Below are positions 12,009-25,780 of a stretch of DNA of 64,000 bases, one piece after another. Positions within the stretch are counted from its first letter, which is position 1. Each line of letters begins with the position of its first letter. Source of the DNA: Antedon mediterranea (taxonomy: Eukaryota > Animalia > Echinodermata). The stretch spans positions 2,852,001 through 2,916,000 of the forward strand of contig NC_092672.1 of the NCBI RefSeq assembly GCF_964355755.1, written 5' to 3'. The notes under the pieces are model-generated. The model saw nothing but the letters and a program-made list of their open reading frames with translations, had not been told where the DNA came from and searched no databases. Both the position numbers and the translations under genes were made by a program.

Positions 12009-15000
12009 ATATTCAGAGCCATTGTCTGTAAGAATCAAAGAAATATCAAAAAGAGTGGCAGACTCAAAAAAATGGATTTCTTTCAAATTTTGCACATGGC
12101 TATATGTGTTGAGAGAAATCAAATATGAAGTATTTTTTATTCCACACGTATATTTCCATGGCAACGGCCAAATTTGTGTTTTTGACAAATTTTGTCCTTT
12201 TTTAAGGTTTTTTAAAATGGATATTGGTACTACTTTGATGAACGATATTTTTGTTTTGTTCATTTAATTATAAAAAATAATTAGTGTATGCATAATAACA
12301 ATGCATTGTGCACCTGTTTCAAATTTTTTTTATTTTTTTATTTCATACTTTGGGAGATACCATTTATTTAAAAAGGGGTGTTTTTCACTTTTTTTTAATT
12401 GTTCAATGCAACTAAACTTTACTTCACCATAACGCCCAAAGTGGTGTATTTTTTTAGCTGATTTATTACAAATAGGTAGTTCCAATGTTTAATAATTGAT
12501 TTCTAAAATAAAATACTGGGGTAAATTTAAAATCTGCAAGCAGTGTTGCGAGAAACATAGGCATTTTTATATTAAAAAAAACATGGTATATTAGTAAAAA
12601 CATTTTATTTTCTTTGATTATTTGATTTGAAACTCATTGGTCAGAAAAATTCTTAATGTTTTATATAGTTCTAGTTGTGTTGTGAGAAAAAACTTTTTTT
12701 TTTAATTATAGATTCTGTAATTCCCAGTTTTAATGTCATTTTATAGGTTATATCCTCGGGAAATTTGAATAAATTATCAGATCGTTGTGAATTTTAATCT
12801 TTGCAACAGATTACTCCTCTCTTATTTTGAAGCTCCTCTTTCATTTGTTTACTTGTTTTATTTGCTAACCTAAGCAGATCCCACATGCCCATCAACCACC
12901 ATTTTCGACTACCATCCCTCCCCTCCCCCCCGCCCCCCACCCCGACTATAACCACAAAAAGATAAACTGCAACACTTTGGTCGATCATCCACTATAGAGT
13001 GTCAAATGCATGCATTCAAGCACCACCCACACTGCCGCTACTATCGCCCCAATGAATAGACAGATTCAAACTCCTTCATCCCACCCCCTCCTCCTTTCTC
13101 CAAGCCCCACCCACCCCAAGTTAACAATTGCAATGCAAAAGATAGAACATAAAGTTAAGTTTTTAGACCCTCGCCTTCAACCTCCTAACTATTTAAAAGT
13201 CCTGGATCCACCACTTTTCCCTCCCCAAAATAGAACCAATCAAAAGTCAATGATATACTCAGGTATGTTAATGCTACATAACAAATATAGAAGCCCTGAT
13301 TTGAAATTTCATTTCATTTAAGGTCAGCATGTAAAATATCACACTTTATTATTAAATATTGGTTTTAAATTCTATATTTTTTTAACGGTGTGTTTGGATT
13401 CAGTATTAATTATTAATTAATAATTATCTGATAGTTATTTAATTTCCCTTAGTTATGCATAGCAACAGTTACTATGGTAACTAAAATTGAGATATTCTTT
13501 AGATTTTGCATATTTATCTTATACAAATTTAATTTTAATTTGTAGATTATTAGCAGGCAATACCTTATTTGCATTTTTAAATTACCGTTTCACAAGGTCA
13601 TATTCGTAAGCACTTTCTTCTGTGATTATTTTTATTCATGAAAACCCCATATTTTATTTACAGCGGCCACCTCCCTTAACGGACGCACTTTGAAAAGCCT
13701 GTTTGTTCTTCCTATCTAATTAGTGCATTTGGTGCTTACCGTAAGCAGCTGCGGGCACCTTTTTATACAAAAAATGAGATTTTTAGTAAGCGGCCAATCG
13801 AAAAATGCAATACTTATTGCATGGACCTATGAATTAGAGGTGCATGTTTATTGTATTTCTTTATATATTAGCTTTATTTTGAAGAGGTTTTAAAAACATT
13901 ACTGTGAAGAGATGAGAAAACTACACTGATTTTGACCGACCATTTTTCATATGATAAAAGTTTTTAAAATTTGTCTGAAAATGCTAAAAAATACTAAACC
14001 ACCTGATTATAAATAATAATAGGCCTACAATTATAAGCGGCCACTTTTCCAGGTCCCGAGGGTGGCCACTTACGGGAAGTTCTTGAACTGTATTTAAACA
14101 AGAATATTTCTTACAAAAAACGCTGCTTGCTTATTGTTATTGCTAAGGTCAAGTCTGGGGGTCACTTCATCAAGCCTAGATACTTCAGGTATCCTATTAC
14201 AAACAAAAACTTCAATGGACTGTTTTGATAATAATTCAATGATTATCTGACAGTGAATTATAGTAATATCATGGGACTCATAAATACCAGAAATGCTTTA
14301 TGATTTGTCATTAGACTCTTTTCTCAGCCGTTTTTTGGATTCAACAGGTGGTAGGCCTACCTATAAATTATAGTCGAGTTTCCATTTTTAACAAAAATGT
14401 CAAAGTGTAGTACTATACTGCTGCTTGATTTCATCTAATGAATGAGTCATCTCGTGTGACGTAGCGGGCTAGAGCAGCAATTATCCTTAGTTATGCATAG
14501 AAACAGGTTCTAAGATAACATAAATAATACATTTTGACATAACTTGACCCAACAAATGACCCTTTCACATGGTCAGACATTTTCTGGGATTCAGTAGATA
14601 AGTAAATTTGGGAAAAGGTAGTAAAGCTATGTAATCAAATGTTTGTAGTCATGAAACCCCATATTAAAAATATTGTACTTAGTTAGTATAGAAACAGTTG
14701 CTACAATCAATACACTATAGGTAAAATGTTGATGTCATTTGACCTCAATATGTAATTTTTTTTTTTCATGAAAACTCCATATTTTATTTTGTTTACCTTT
14801 ATTCATATTCGTCAAGACTTTCTTTCTGAGATTATTAGGATTCAGTATTTAAAGTAAATTTGGCAAAAAGTAGAAATGTAAAACTATGTAGAAAAAATGT
14901 TTTGTATTTATGAAAAACCCCTTTTCGCATAGAAACAGTTGCTATGGTAAAATGTTGAATGAATTTACAAAGTCAAGTTTGTCATTAATGGAATGCAGTA

Positions 15001-16129
15001 GAAGTAAAATTGAGAAAAATTACAAATGCAATCAATTCTTTGTATTTATAAAAACGCCATTTTTTACATTTTTTTAAAAATTACTTTCCTTAGTTACACA
15101 TAGAAATGGTTGCTAAGGTAACACATTAGGTAAAATATTAAAATTGTTGAGAATTGTTATGAACTATCTTGTAAATGTTGATCAAACATTAATAGTTGTA
15201 GTAAAGTGGAGACCTGTCCTGTTTTGCATTCTGACCCCTTTTGACCTTAAATGACCTATTTACAAGGTCAGATTTTTTGGGAGGTCTTTCTGTATCTCTT
15301 TACACAAAATAGATTTAAAAATTTATAAAAACCATTGACGCAATTATTTCCAAGTTTAACATTATTTTCCATCAACTAAATATTTCAATGCAAAATACTG
15401 TTTTTCTGGCAATTAATTGAAATAAACCTGGCAACACATTCTCCTATTTTATCTAAACTATTCGTATGACTCTAGTAGCATTATCACAAGCCACATATAC
15501 ATTTTATTATTGGATTAGCCATATTTAAATTGTGTTTCATGTGTTTTGTTTGTTGATATTTTATTATATTTTTTGTATTTTTCGTATTTTCCTGGCAACA
15601 CAAAACCTATGTACGAAATTTACCCCAGTGTTTTTTCCGTGATTATTGTTGACAAACCTATTGACTATCAAATTAAAAAACCTCATTGATTTAAAAACAC
15701 CACTTTGGAAGTTATAGGTACGTTTATGAGGTATACTTTTATAAAAAAAATATTTTTTAAAAACACCCCTTTTTAAAATAATGGTATCAACCAAACTCCA
15801 TTTTGTATTTTTTTTTTTTTTTACATTAAATGGAACTCAATACATGTTGTTTACACTGCTACAAACAAAAACTGTATACTGTAAGTATTTTGGTTAAAAT
15901 AAGTATACAAGTTTGTACTTTTTCACTATAGAAAATCTGTGAAAAATGGCAAAAACATCAAAATTTGGATAATTGACCGTTGTCATGGCAACGGAGGCTA
16001 AAAATTCAAATGAATGATGTAGATATGCTTTTTAGTGAAATGTCTATTCATGGTAAAAATTTGAGAGAAATCCATTTTTTTACATCTGCCACCAAATCTT
16101 TGATTTTTACAGACAATGGCTCTTCATAT
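12009..16129. mobile_element. 4.1-kb non-autonomous DNA transposon with long imperfect TIRs, flanked by TTAA
   Basis: Left end ATATTCAGAGCCATTGTCTGTAAGAATCAAAGA is the near reverse complement of right end TCTTTGATTTTTACAGACAATGGCTCTTCATAT. Inverted similarity persists in blocks to about 12560/15585. TTAA at 12005-12008 and 16130-16133; no transposase ORF. Confidence 0.85.
13660..14093. mobile_element. Tc1/mariner-type MITE remnant nested in the 4.1-kb element
   Basis: Repeated AGCGGCCA subterminal motifs; begins TACAG and ends GAACTGTA. Confidence 0.5.
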
Positions 16130-17171
16130 TTAAGAATTTCAAAGACTCAACAACTAAGATGATGCGCATGCGCTATGTTACGTTTAGACAATGTGTACTT
16201 GGGTACATTTATGAAAGTTCTGAAGGCTAGAAATTATTTTATATGCCTAGTAGTCTGGTAAACATTTGATGGGATCTTTGAAACATGAAAACTCGTCTTG
16301 ATATATGATAGGCTAGCTTCTCCGCAAATCAAACATTGAATGGATCATTTATTACGCGGAGATAATTTTGATTTAATTCCCACCCAGACCCTGTCCTGTT
16401 CTGTGTGGTGGTGTAGCCCTGTTGTGTGCCGGTGGTATGTAGGCCTACTTCATTGGCGTTTTATTTGGCAGGTCATACGTGCGAGTTGAGTAGGACCTAC
16501 GAAAGAGGCCTAGGCCAAGGACTAAACAATTAATAAACAAAACAACTTGGCATTACTATTTTATATTTCAACAGTCTCGATCGTACATTAAGCACTGGTA
16601 GGCCTACGTACTCGATCTCTTTCATTTTGAAACAAAATGATCATTGGTTGATTCGAAATCCATATTTACATACCGCCCGCCCCATATAGCCAAATACGGT
16701 ATGATAACCTACGTCATTCTTATCGTATGTTTGCGGTCTGCAAATCGATTTCTATACGTGTTTCACAAGTCTGTATTTTCAGACAAAAATCGCGGTCGAA
16801 ATAAAAACAAATAAATAAAAAAAAAAGATAATACAGACTTGGGGCAAGTCTACTTCCATCGTAACATTAAGTATTTTATTACACATAAGAATATATTATA
16901 GTAATGTAAAAAATAAGTAAAAATACATTGAATAATTATACATTTTATAAAATTAATACATTTTTTAATAGTTAAAATACATACTTTTATTCATGCGTGT
17001 AACCCGACATATAAAGTAGTACATTTATAGTTTGTCTGTTATTTGCATTGATTTTAAAACTGTACACTGTATGGTACTACAATCAGGATAAATCGTATCT
17101 TATTTTAAGCTTGAACCGCCAAACGAAGCACGTACGTCACAAAATACCGCCACCATTCACATTAATCACGT

Positions 17172-20100
17172 TCATAAAACAAACTTGTCGAAATTTAAAT
17201 CTGTTTCTTGTAACTTGTCTTTGTATAGGTTGTTAAATATCTCATTTTGGGCTACAGTAAGTTGATTCTTCCAGTCTCCAACTTTTCCTACAAATAATAA
17301 CAATATAATATGTGTTAATGATAAATCACGTGCTATTTAATATTTTGGCCCATATTGAAGATACAAATAACTCGAGATTTTTTTATAAGTTTTGTAACCT
17401 CACTAATATATTACTTTTCCTAAAAATCATTAAATATCATTCTTACTGTTGGTATAATAGATATTTGGAAAGGAAAACAAAGTTTCCTGCAACCAAAAAC
17501 GTGCTTATACACAGAGCAGCAAGTAGTATACTTGGCAAATGGCATTTTGGCAAACCCTGTTTTACACCATTAATGCGTCACGTGTTATGGCAAGTAGACG
17601 CATGCGCATGCTTACCCTTTCTCATAAACTGCACAGTATTACCAGTGTCGCCATTAACCGTGTCTTTCATTAAATTCTGTGATTTATTTGCTTGTGGGTT
17701 TTTCTTCATTTTACCAAATGAACAATGATCTGCAATGCGTTCGATTGTTTCTTTATCTAAGTCTTTGCCCAGGAATTTGCTAACATCACTAACAACCTTA
17801 ACCAAATCCTGCAGTATGGAAAATACATGAATTAGAGACATTGTGAATTGACATTTTGTGGTAAATCGTTCTTACACCTCTAGTGGAAATGGAAGTTGGG
17901 ATAAATAAGTATAAGTATAAAGCATTTCAACAATAATTGTCATTTTTCTTTTTGTACATAAGTTGGGGACCCGTCATGAAACGTCACAAAATAAACATGA
18001 ATATTCATTTAGTCATGTCTATAAGGCGTGTGACGTAAGGATTGGCCCAACTACAATATTCTAATGCAAACGCTTTCCGTCGAGCCGTCTGTGTACTAGG
18101 GTCTATAAATGGACTTTACATTTCGATGTATGGGGTTCGAATCCCAACGAACTTATTTTTACATTATAATGACAGAATAATTTGTTTAGAGGGTTAGGTT
18201 TAGTTATATTTAGGAAGTAGTTCAGCTATCTTTCACAAGGATTGCACAACTTATGTACGAAAAAAAATCTGGGCCCGCGTCACACTCTCATTGAACAACG
18301 TAGTAATTTTTAATAATAGGTCAGTTGCCAGACACTGTACTAAATGAGCCGACGCAGAAAAACAACACAATTCAGTAAGAGTAAACGTTATACACATTTA
18401 AGATTGTCTAAGATTATATTAATTTAGATATAAGTAGGGTATCTGGAAGAAGGTAAGCTAAGTACATGTTCATAGTTTAAAACTGCAATATATGTCGTTT
18501 TGGTAGGGCTACTAGTAAGTAACTAAGATTTACAGCCAGCAAACGGCGATTATACGTGTACATGTTGATTTCACCTCGCGTCTTTTGTTTTCTGTCACCG
18601 TGTCTATTGTCTCCGTGTCTATTGTCACCGTGTCTATTGTCACCGTGTCTATTGTCTCGATTGTCTATTTTCTCGATTAAGTACCTTTTTATGCTTTACA
18701 TTCTTTCTTTGTATACAACGAGGGCCCTGAATGATCAGTTCTATTAGGAACTGGATAGGCTACCCTCAGTAAATATGGTAATAAACATTCTTTGCTTTTA
18801 AATGGCCGTTTTAGGTTTTTGAAAAAACACCGCAAGCTCCATAACAGAAGAAGAAGCATTTTTTTTCTGTATTTTCGATTTCGGAGTTATTCCTCTTTCC
18901 CGTTGTTTATTTTTACCGTACTTATTATGCTAGTCGGCACTGGGATTCGAACAAATGGGATTCGGCAGCTGGACTCTCGGAAAATTGGAATTTGGTACAC
19001 TTGGATTCGGCAAACTGGAGTCGTGGCAAATTGGAATTCGGTACACTTGGATTCGACAAATTGGAATTCGGTACACTTGGATTCGGCAACCCTTAGTCTA
19101 GTCCTAATTAAACAATAGCCATTAAGGCCTGTTTTACTACCTGTTTCATTTCTTCAAATGTAACAAACATAACGTGAGATTCGTGCCTCCTATTCCACCA
19201 GTATAGATTGTGATCAAACCAGGATCCCCATGGAACTAAATAAAAAAACAAAACAAAATGACAAGTTGTGAAATGTGTCGTGTGCATTAATAAAAGTATT
19301 ATAAAAAGGCGCATTTTGCTACAAGATGTCTACAACAATAACATTTTATAACAATTATTGTTTATTATTATTTAGTTCAATTTCATTTCATTTAGCATAA
19401 TGTGTTATTTGTGCAAATCTATTATAGTATTGACCAATATGGCGAGTCGGGCTAATTATGAAATTGTTACGGTGAAATTTGAATAATGTTATGTAGGCCT
19501 TATTCACAATACAATTATGCCTTATTCATAATAATATTAGGCCTTATTCACAATAATAATAGGCCCTATTCACAATAATATTAGGCCCTATTCACAATAA
19601 CATTAGGCCTTATTCATAATAATATTAGGCCTTATTCACAATCATATTAGGCCTTATTCACAATAATATTAGACCTTATTCACAATAATATTAGGCCTTA
19701 TTCACAATAATATTAGACCTTATTCACAATAATATTAGGCCTTATTCACAATCATATTAGGCCTTATTCACAATCATATTAAGCCTTATTCACAATCATA
19801 TTAGACCTTATTCACAATAATGTTAGGCCTTATTCACAATGCAATTAAGCCTTATATTCACAATGCAATTTAGCCTTATATTTACAATCATATTAGGCCT
19901 TATTCACAATCATATTAGGCCTTATTCACAATCATATTAGGCCTTATTCACAATAATATTAATTAGGCCTTATTCTTATATCTAAATATAACTTTTAATC
20001 CGTGAGTTATTTCACACTTCCATGCATATAACTGAACTTGCTTTAACAACAAATCCCGTAAGTAGTTCTTTGTAACTCGCAGTTAAGGTTCATCAGACTG

Positions 20101-22469
20101 GAACGTATCTTACGTTAATTGTTTTTATTATTTCTTAAGCTTTTATTTTATTTTTTTTGGACCATATTTAATGAGGGTGATCCATCCATCAATTGCTGAT
20201 CTTTAGAGACCAAAACTTGGTAACCACTATGACGCAACGCAAGAACGTAAACGCAACGCATACGTGTTGATCAATGACAAGCGACAGTCGAATAAATCCA
20301 TCGCTTGTGATTGGTAAAATCACTTACGTTGCGTTACGTCCTTGCGTTGCGTCTCTAGTGGGAACCAAGCTTTACTCTCAATCGGGGGATTTTCAGCATT
20401 GTACATTCAATACTGTACACTGCTTACATTCACAATGGATACTATTAGAATCTTAATTTTGTCAGTATTGGGACTAATAATAATACAGATGAATGTTTCA
20501 TTGTTTTGATTCTTTTACCGAGCATGTAATCCCGTTGAGCGTTCTTAAGAAGTGACGTAAGATAATCGAATTACTCTTTTTAGCTACCCTGGGATTAGTC
20601 CTAGAATAGCCCCAGGGATTATCCTTTCTTAGATAGAAGATAATTAGATTTCAAACTGTCTTCAAACAGTATTTATTAATTGATTTTTATTTCGTACACA
20701 GCACGTTTTTTTGTGGCTTATGTTATTTGTAATTTTGTCTGTAAAATGGATGCACCATTGACTGATTAATGTGTGCCACCGATATAGGCCTAAATAAATA
20801 AAATAAAAACAAATCGGATAATTATCGGATAAATGCGATAATTTTTACCTGAACAACAAATTGTTGCGATACGATTAGGCATCTGCGTTTTTTGGCAATC
20901 CCTAATGACTTTATTGTTAAAATTATTATTTATTTAAATTAAGCGATAATTTTGTTTGGGCTTCAGAAACACGGCCCAAGTATTAACAAACATACCGTTA
21001 TTAGTAATAAAATGTTGAAAGAATTCATCCCATTTAACTTTTGGTGCGTTTCGAACGAATGCGTTGTAGAAATGAAAACACGAAACCATGACGTCTTTCG
21101 GATTACGTGCCACATAGATTACCTGGAAAAGATTAAGAAATGAACAATGTTACATTTATTGTCAAAGCTATCTTATTCTTAAGCTCCGTCTACACTATCA
21201 AACTTTATATGACAAAGCAGTGTGAACCCTAACCCTAACCCACCTCTATCACCCAAATATCACACTAACCTTTGGATTCTTTGTTAAAACACCTTGAGGA
21301 ATCAGTTGATGCGGAAAATGAGTTTTGATGAACCGTGGCGAAGCTGCTTCTTCAAGTTCTTGGAATCGCGGTCTTATATCAAATGGGAAGATGCAGTCGA
21401 TGAATGGAATACGATCATCTAACGACTTCTTACTAATCGACTCTAAATCGCCGTCAGCACTCACTGCCGAAACCATCTCTTGCATCCACGTTGTGCCTTA
21501 GAGTGAAAAGAGTTTATGATGGTAATACAGTAATTCGTAGGGCTCGAAAGACCCGCCCCGCTCCATCATTTTTTTTCTTGAAGTGTCCTTTTTAAGGTTT
21601 CAAGAGCAGTGTATGTACGCCTAAGGCCAACTCAGTCAGCACCGTACGACGAGGCCCGACAAAACGTCTTGACTCGACTCGTCGGTGCTGCTGTCTGAGT
21701 TGAATCCCGACGAGACGAATCACCGGGCGTAGTTTTTAGCTCGTCGCGAAAACTTTAAACATGTTTAATTTTCTCCCGACGAGACGACTCGTCGTACTAC
21801 TGTACGCTTTCTGAGTTGGCCTTAATACGAAACTCATGAATCCCGACGTGAGACGGGTCATGAGATAGCGCGTTTTTAGCCATCGACGTCGTCGCGAGAA
21901 CTGTAAACATGTTTAATTTTCACCCGACGAGACTACTTAGTCGTACGACGTTGTCTCTTGACAAGTTTTTGGCCAGCTGGAAAATTTGTTTTAATCTTAA
22001 TTGGCTCATGATGATGGATATATTGAAATTAGGCTAGGCCTTTCCTAGATGTTGCTTAACAATCCCCCTGTAAAATTTGTTGCGGCATTATTGATTGTAT
22101 AATCATATACTCGTGAATCTCATTTTCACCGTACGATCGATCGGTATGATGTATGCATACCTGTTAATATTAATAAGCCATAAATCGTTGTCATATACAT
22201 TTCAATTGAGATGTACCTGTTAATAGGCCATAAATCATAAATACGAATGAAGTTAACTTATTATCTTTAGGCTTAACGCAATGTCATGAAACATTGAAAC
22301 ATCAACTTATTATTACGGTATCTAAAATATTACCTGATTTAGGATATGTTACGATCCAGACGTCATCATCTCTTACTTCGAACGTCTTCATAGCGTCTAT
22401 AATTTCTGTAGACGTTGCATAGTCTAGTGTGAATCCACTTTCCTTGTGGAACCAAGTTATTGTCTCCAT
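17172..22469 (-). CDS. Cytosolic sulfotransferase, SULT1-like. Coding exons 22469-22334, 21496-21270, 21122-20996, 19235-19141, 17808-17616, 17287-17172; probable non-coding exon with donor near 22856
   Basis: 5'-PSB loop TYPKSGTTW, catalytic IKTH, 3'-PB motif [18 protein letters not shown], and C-terminal [18 protein letters not shown]. All junctions GT-AG and in phase. Confidence 0.95.
18594..18668. repeat. 15-bp tandem repeat (CCGTGTCTATTGTCA)
   Basis: About 4-5 copies visible. Confidence 0.8.
19494..19976. repeat. 22-bp minisatellite (TTAGGCCTTATTCACAATMATA), ~21 copies
   Basis: Directly visible in a SULT intron. Confidence 0.95.
20214..20371. mobile_element. MITE family 2 (TIR AGCTTGGTTCCCACTAG, internal CGCAACGCAAGGACGT and GACCAATCACAAGCG)
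   Basis: Other copies at ~10768-10870 (diverged), 39450-39570, 40843-41014, 46133-46290, 46762-46920, 47500-47651, 53370-53575, 53943-54103. TAA/TTA flanks suggest PIF/Harbinger. Confidence 0.88.
21624..21822. mobile_element. MITE with TIR AGGCCAACTCAG, followed by a partial internal duplicate (~21830-21960)
   Basis: AGGCCAACTCAG...CTGAGTTGGCCT termini and internal CGACGAGACG repeats. Confidence 0.8.
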
Positions 22470-23704
22470 GACTGGCGTTTAAAAATCTACAGAGAAATAA
22501 ATTAATATTACTATTGGCCTACATAACAAAAGAGAGGAGTTTTTGTTTTACAAATCACCGTCATGTGAACGGAGAATATACATTGTGGGCGAGAGGGCGC
22601 GGGGGGGGGGGGGGTGTGATCGCGTGACCCCCATCTTTATCGTGCTACGTTTTACCATGAATTTGACACAGAATACATTTTTGAAATGCTCAAAATGGTA
22701 TTCGTTGATTCGGAATCCGCGATAGTAATATTTATTTTGAACTAATTTATTCTATAATGCAACGAAATGCGTGGTAATTGCTGTACTGCGGAAAGCATGA
22801 CATATATTTTCAATTATAAACAAACAAGCATTAGGCCTATGCTAGTGACTACTTACGTTTAAGATTGTGATCACCAGTACATTGTACAACTGGGACTACT
22901 TATTACTGCAGTGGTTTTATGAAATGCATCAAACCCACCTTGAACCAATGTTTCAATAGAAATGGCTAAACGAAATGCTAAACAAAACAGGGTAGGATCG
23001 CTATTATAGGCTACTAATCTCTACTTCTTTATACAACGCGATAGATTGTATTGCTTTTGGCTATGTAATGGAACATCGAGTTACATAAGGTTAATTATTC
23101 ACCCAGGCGTGAAATTACCTTGGGGGAAGTATGAATTTTGAATACTTCAAAATTACAATAGTTTATTGCGTTTCGTTCACCAGGAGACGAGAGACGTGTA
23201 AAGCATTTGTTAAAACAGCTGTTTCTGATACAGTATATACAGTATGATGTTTAGTATGAGAGGCGATACTCGATTCGCAAAAGAATTTATCATACATACG
23301 GACCGAGCAAAAAACCTAGATGTTAGTCTGTGTATGTTTAAGAGAGACAAATACGCGTTACTTAAATTTAAACCAGTTGATATGATCCATGGTTAAATAA
23401 TAAACATTATGATTTGTCATGGACCTACTGTTGCCTGTGTAACGCCAAATTAAGTGAAATTTCCAAATTAGGTTCGCATGGTCTGTATCACGCAAACCAA
23501 GGCAAGGCACCACTTTTGCAGTGGAAACTAATTTGGCGTGAAACCTGTCCAGCAGTTAAAATAGCCAAATCAAGAACCGAATGAGATAATTTGGTTGTCC
23601 TTATTACAACTACGTGTACCCCATAGCTTTTGGAGGCGTGCCTTTATAACTATGCCTTTTGTTTGTTAACATCTTTGATTGGCTGATTTGTTTTATTATG
23701 TAAT

Positions 23705-23870
23705 TTTGTGACTTATATATGTTATCCTTTGTTACAATTCTTTTCACCTGATGATGGGCTATGCCCGAAACATGTCGTTAAAATAAATCTATATTGAGGC
23801 AGTTTTAACTTATTTGATCTTGATTTTTTTCTATATCCTGCCTATGCAGCTCTTTGATTTATATGTATAC
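23705..23870 (+). mobile_element. Penelope-like terminal repeat remnant containing a minimal hammerhead ribozyme core (copy 1)
   Basis: CTGATGA-T-GGGC(TAT)GCCC-GAAAC-AT-GTC at 23748-23776, then AATAAA. A highly similar ~165-bp copy lies at 34443-34605. Confidence 0.7.
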
Positions 23871-25780
23871 GTGTATATGTATTTGTCTACACGATGGTTC
23901 AAAGCCGTCTATACAGCGACAAAGCCTTTTCTTTTAACAAGGTTTTTTCAATCCTATAATGAACATTTACATAACAAAACAAAGTCATGCATGATACAAC
24001 AACATCTAATCGGATGATCTTTAAATTCTTTACAAACTTGAATTGATAATTGATAAGACTAAGACTAACTAAGAGGCTAAATGTGAATGACCGAGTATAT
24101 AAAAAAAAACAGACTGACTTTTAAAAAACAAGTTATAACATTTGGAATCAGATGACCTAAATTTATAATTATTTAAAACCTGGAAGCGGAACGGAATCAG
24201 GTGAAATTTGGATGAGTAGGCCCACCTATACTATGTAGGCCTATAGTCTAGACTGTAGAATAAATGAAATTTGGAAGAGAATCCCTGACTGTATAACACT
24301 TAAAATGATTACGAGAACGTTATTACAGGCTAGCTGACTTGAAATTTAGTAGACCTTAGTAGAATCAGAATCAGAAATTACTAACTAAGGAGAAATTGGA
24401 ATACGACAAATTTGGAAAACTTCAGAATCCGTTATCATTATACATAGATAGGGCGTTATACCTCCATGCGTTATGTGTACAATACTATCCATCCGAAGGT
24501 GTAGATATCATAACAAAAAATGTCCAAACGAAAGACTAGAACACTAAATATACTTACAGTTACATGTGCAGCAAAAAATGTGACGCGCACTGTAGGCCTT
24601 CGATGCAACGGCCAGTAGAAAATGTCCTTATAACTTCGTTGTTTACCGTACAATTTAAAATGCTTCTGCTGGTTATTTAGGCCTACTGTGCTGCACTGGT
24701 GATTTCCGATAGACCTATTAAATAATACTGTATTGACATTTCGGTTTGAATTATGCAAATGAGATAAGGAATCTGGAAATATCGTTGACCCGAACATTGT
24801 CCAATGTCATCAATCCATTCGTGTTATAGCTTCCGACGTTTCATTGGCTGGATTCCTATTGGCTCAGAGTGATTGGTGTATTTTCGTTACGGAATCATTT
24901 ATTGTTGTCTATGGTTCTAGACGACGATTACAATAATAAATATGTTGACACATGGCGTTTCATATAACTAGAGAGCAATTTTTAATTATGCCTGCTCCAA
25001 TAATGTAATTGTCTAAATTGTCTTCTAGTTACGTTTGATCATTATTTCTTCATGGTTTGATTGAAATTTAATTTTGGGCGGTGTGTAGACCCTTGCTGTA
25101 TTATTGAGCATGCTTCATTATCGATCGTTACAGTACTAAAGTATTGTGTAATCCAATTATCAAACATCTAAAATCAATTAATGGCAAATTAATTGCAGTA
25201 CAGGAGTAACACATTTCTCATTAATTGCCCCTTGATGCTATAGACCATGCTGTTAAATGATCTTGCATATAATAGCTCTCGTGGCTTTGTTTCTACTACA
25301 CCAGCTAAAAACTCAGAAACATCATGAAATAGAAAAATATCGTCACCCTTACCCAATTACAATGTCCCTAAAATTCCTCATTTTGTTTTGTTTACTTTTA
25401 GGACATCCACCATTGTCTTTGGTTATTTGCCTCCTAAACTTTATACCAATTCTTATTAAAAAGAATGTTTCAGCTATATGTTATAGGCCTAACATTTAAA
25501 TCTAAATTTAAACTATATATTTTACTAGGCCAATATTATTATAAAACAAACTTATATTGTAAACTATGTTCTAGCACATTAATGTGTATTTTTTATTTGA
25601 ATTCAAGAGGACCACTGGATATCAACTGACATTTTTATCCCAACTGGCACTTGGGATAACCTCTGTAAACATTGAAATAGAAAAACCAATCATACCGTAA
25701 AGAAAACTAACCATGCCCTCTCGATGAAATGCATTATTATCCTATTTCTCTTTATAAAAAGTTAAAATACAGACTCATGT

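Noticed and set aside
11859-12267. ORFs overlapping the left end of the 4.1-kb element as a transposase
   Set aside because: Short, with no DDE or other recognisable motifs, and largely within the terminal inverted repeat.
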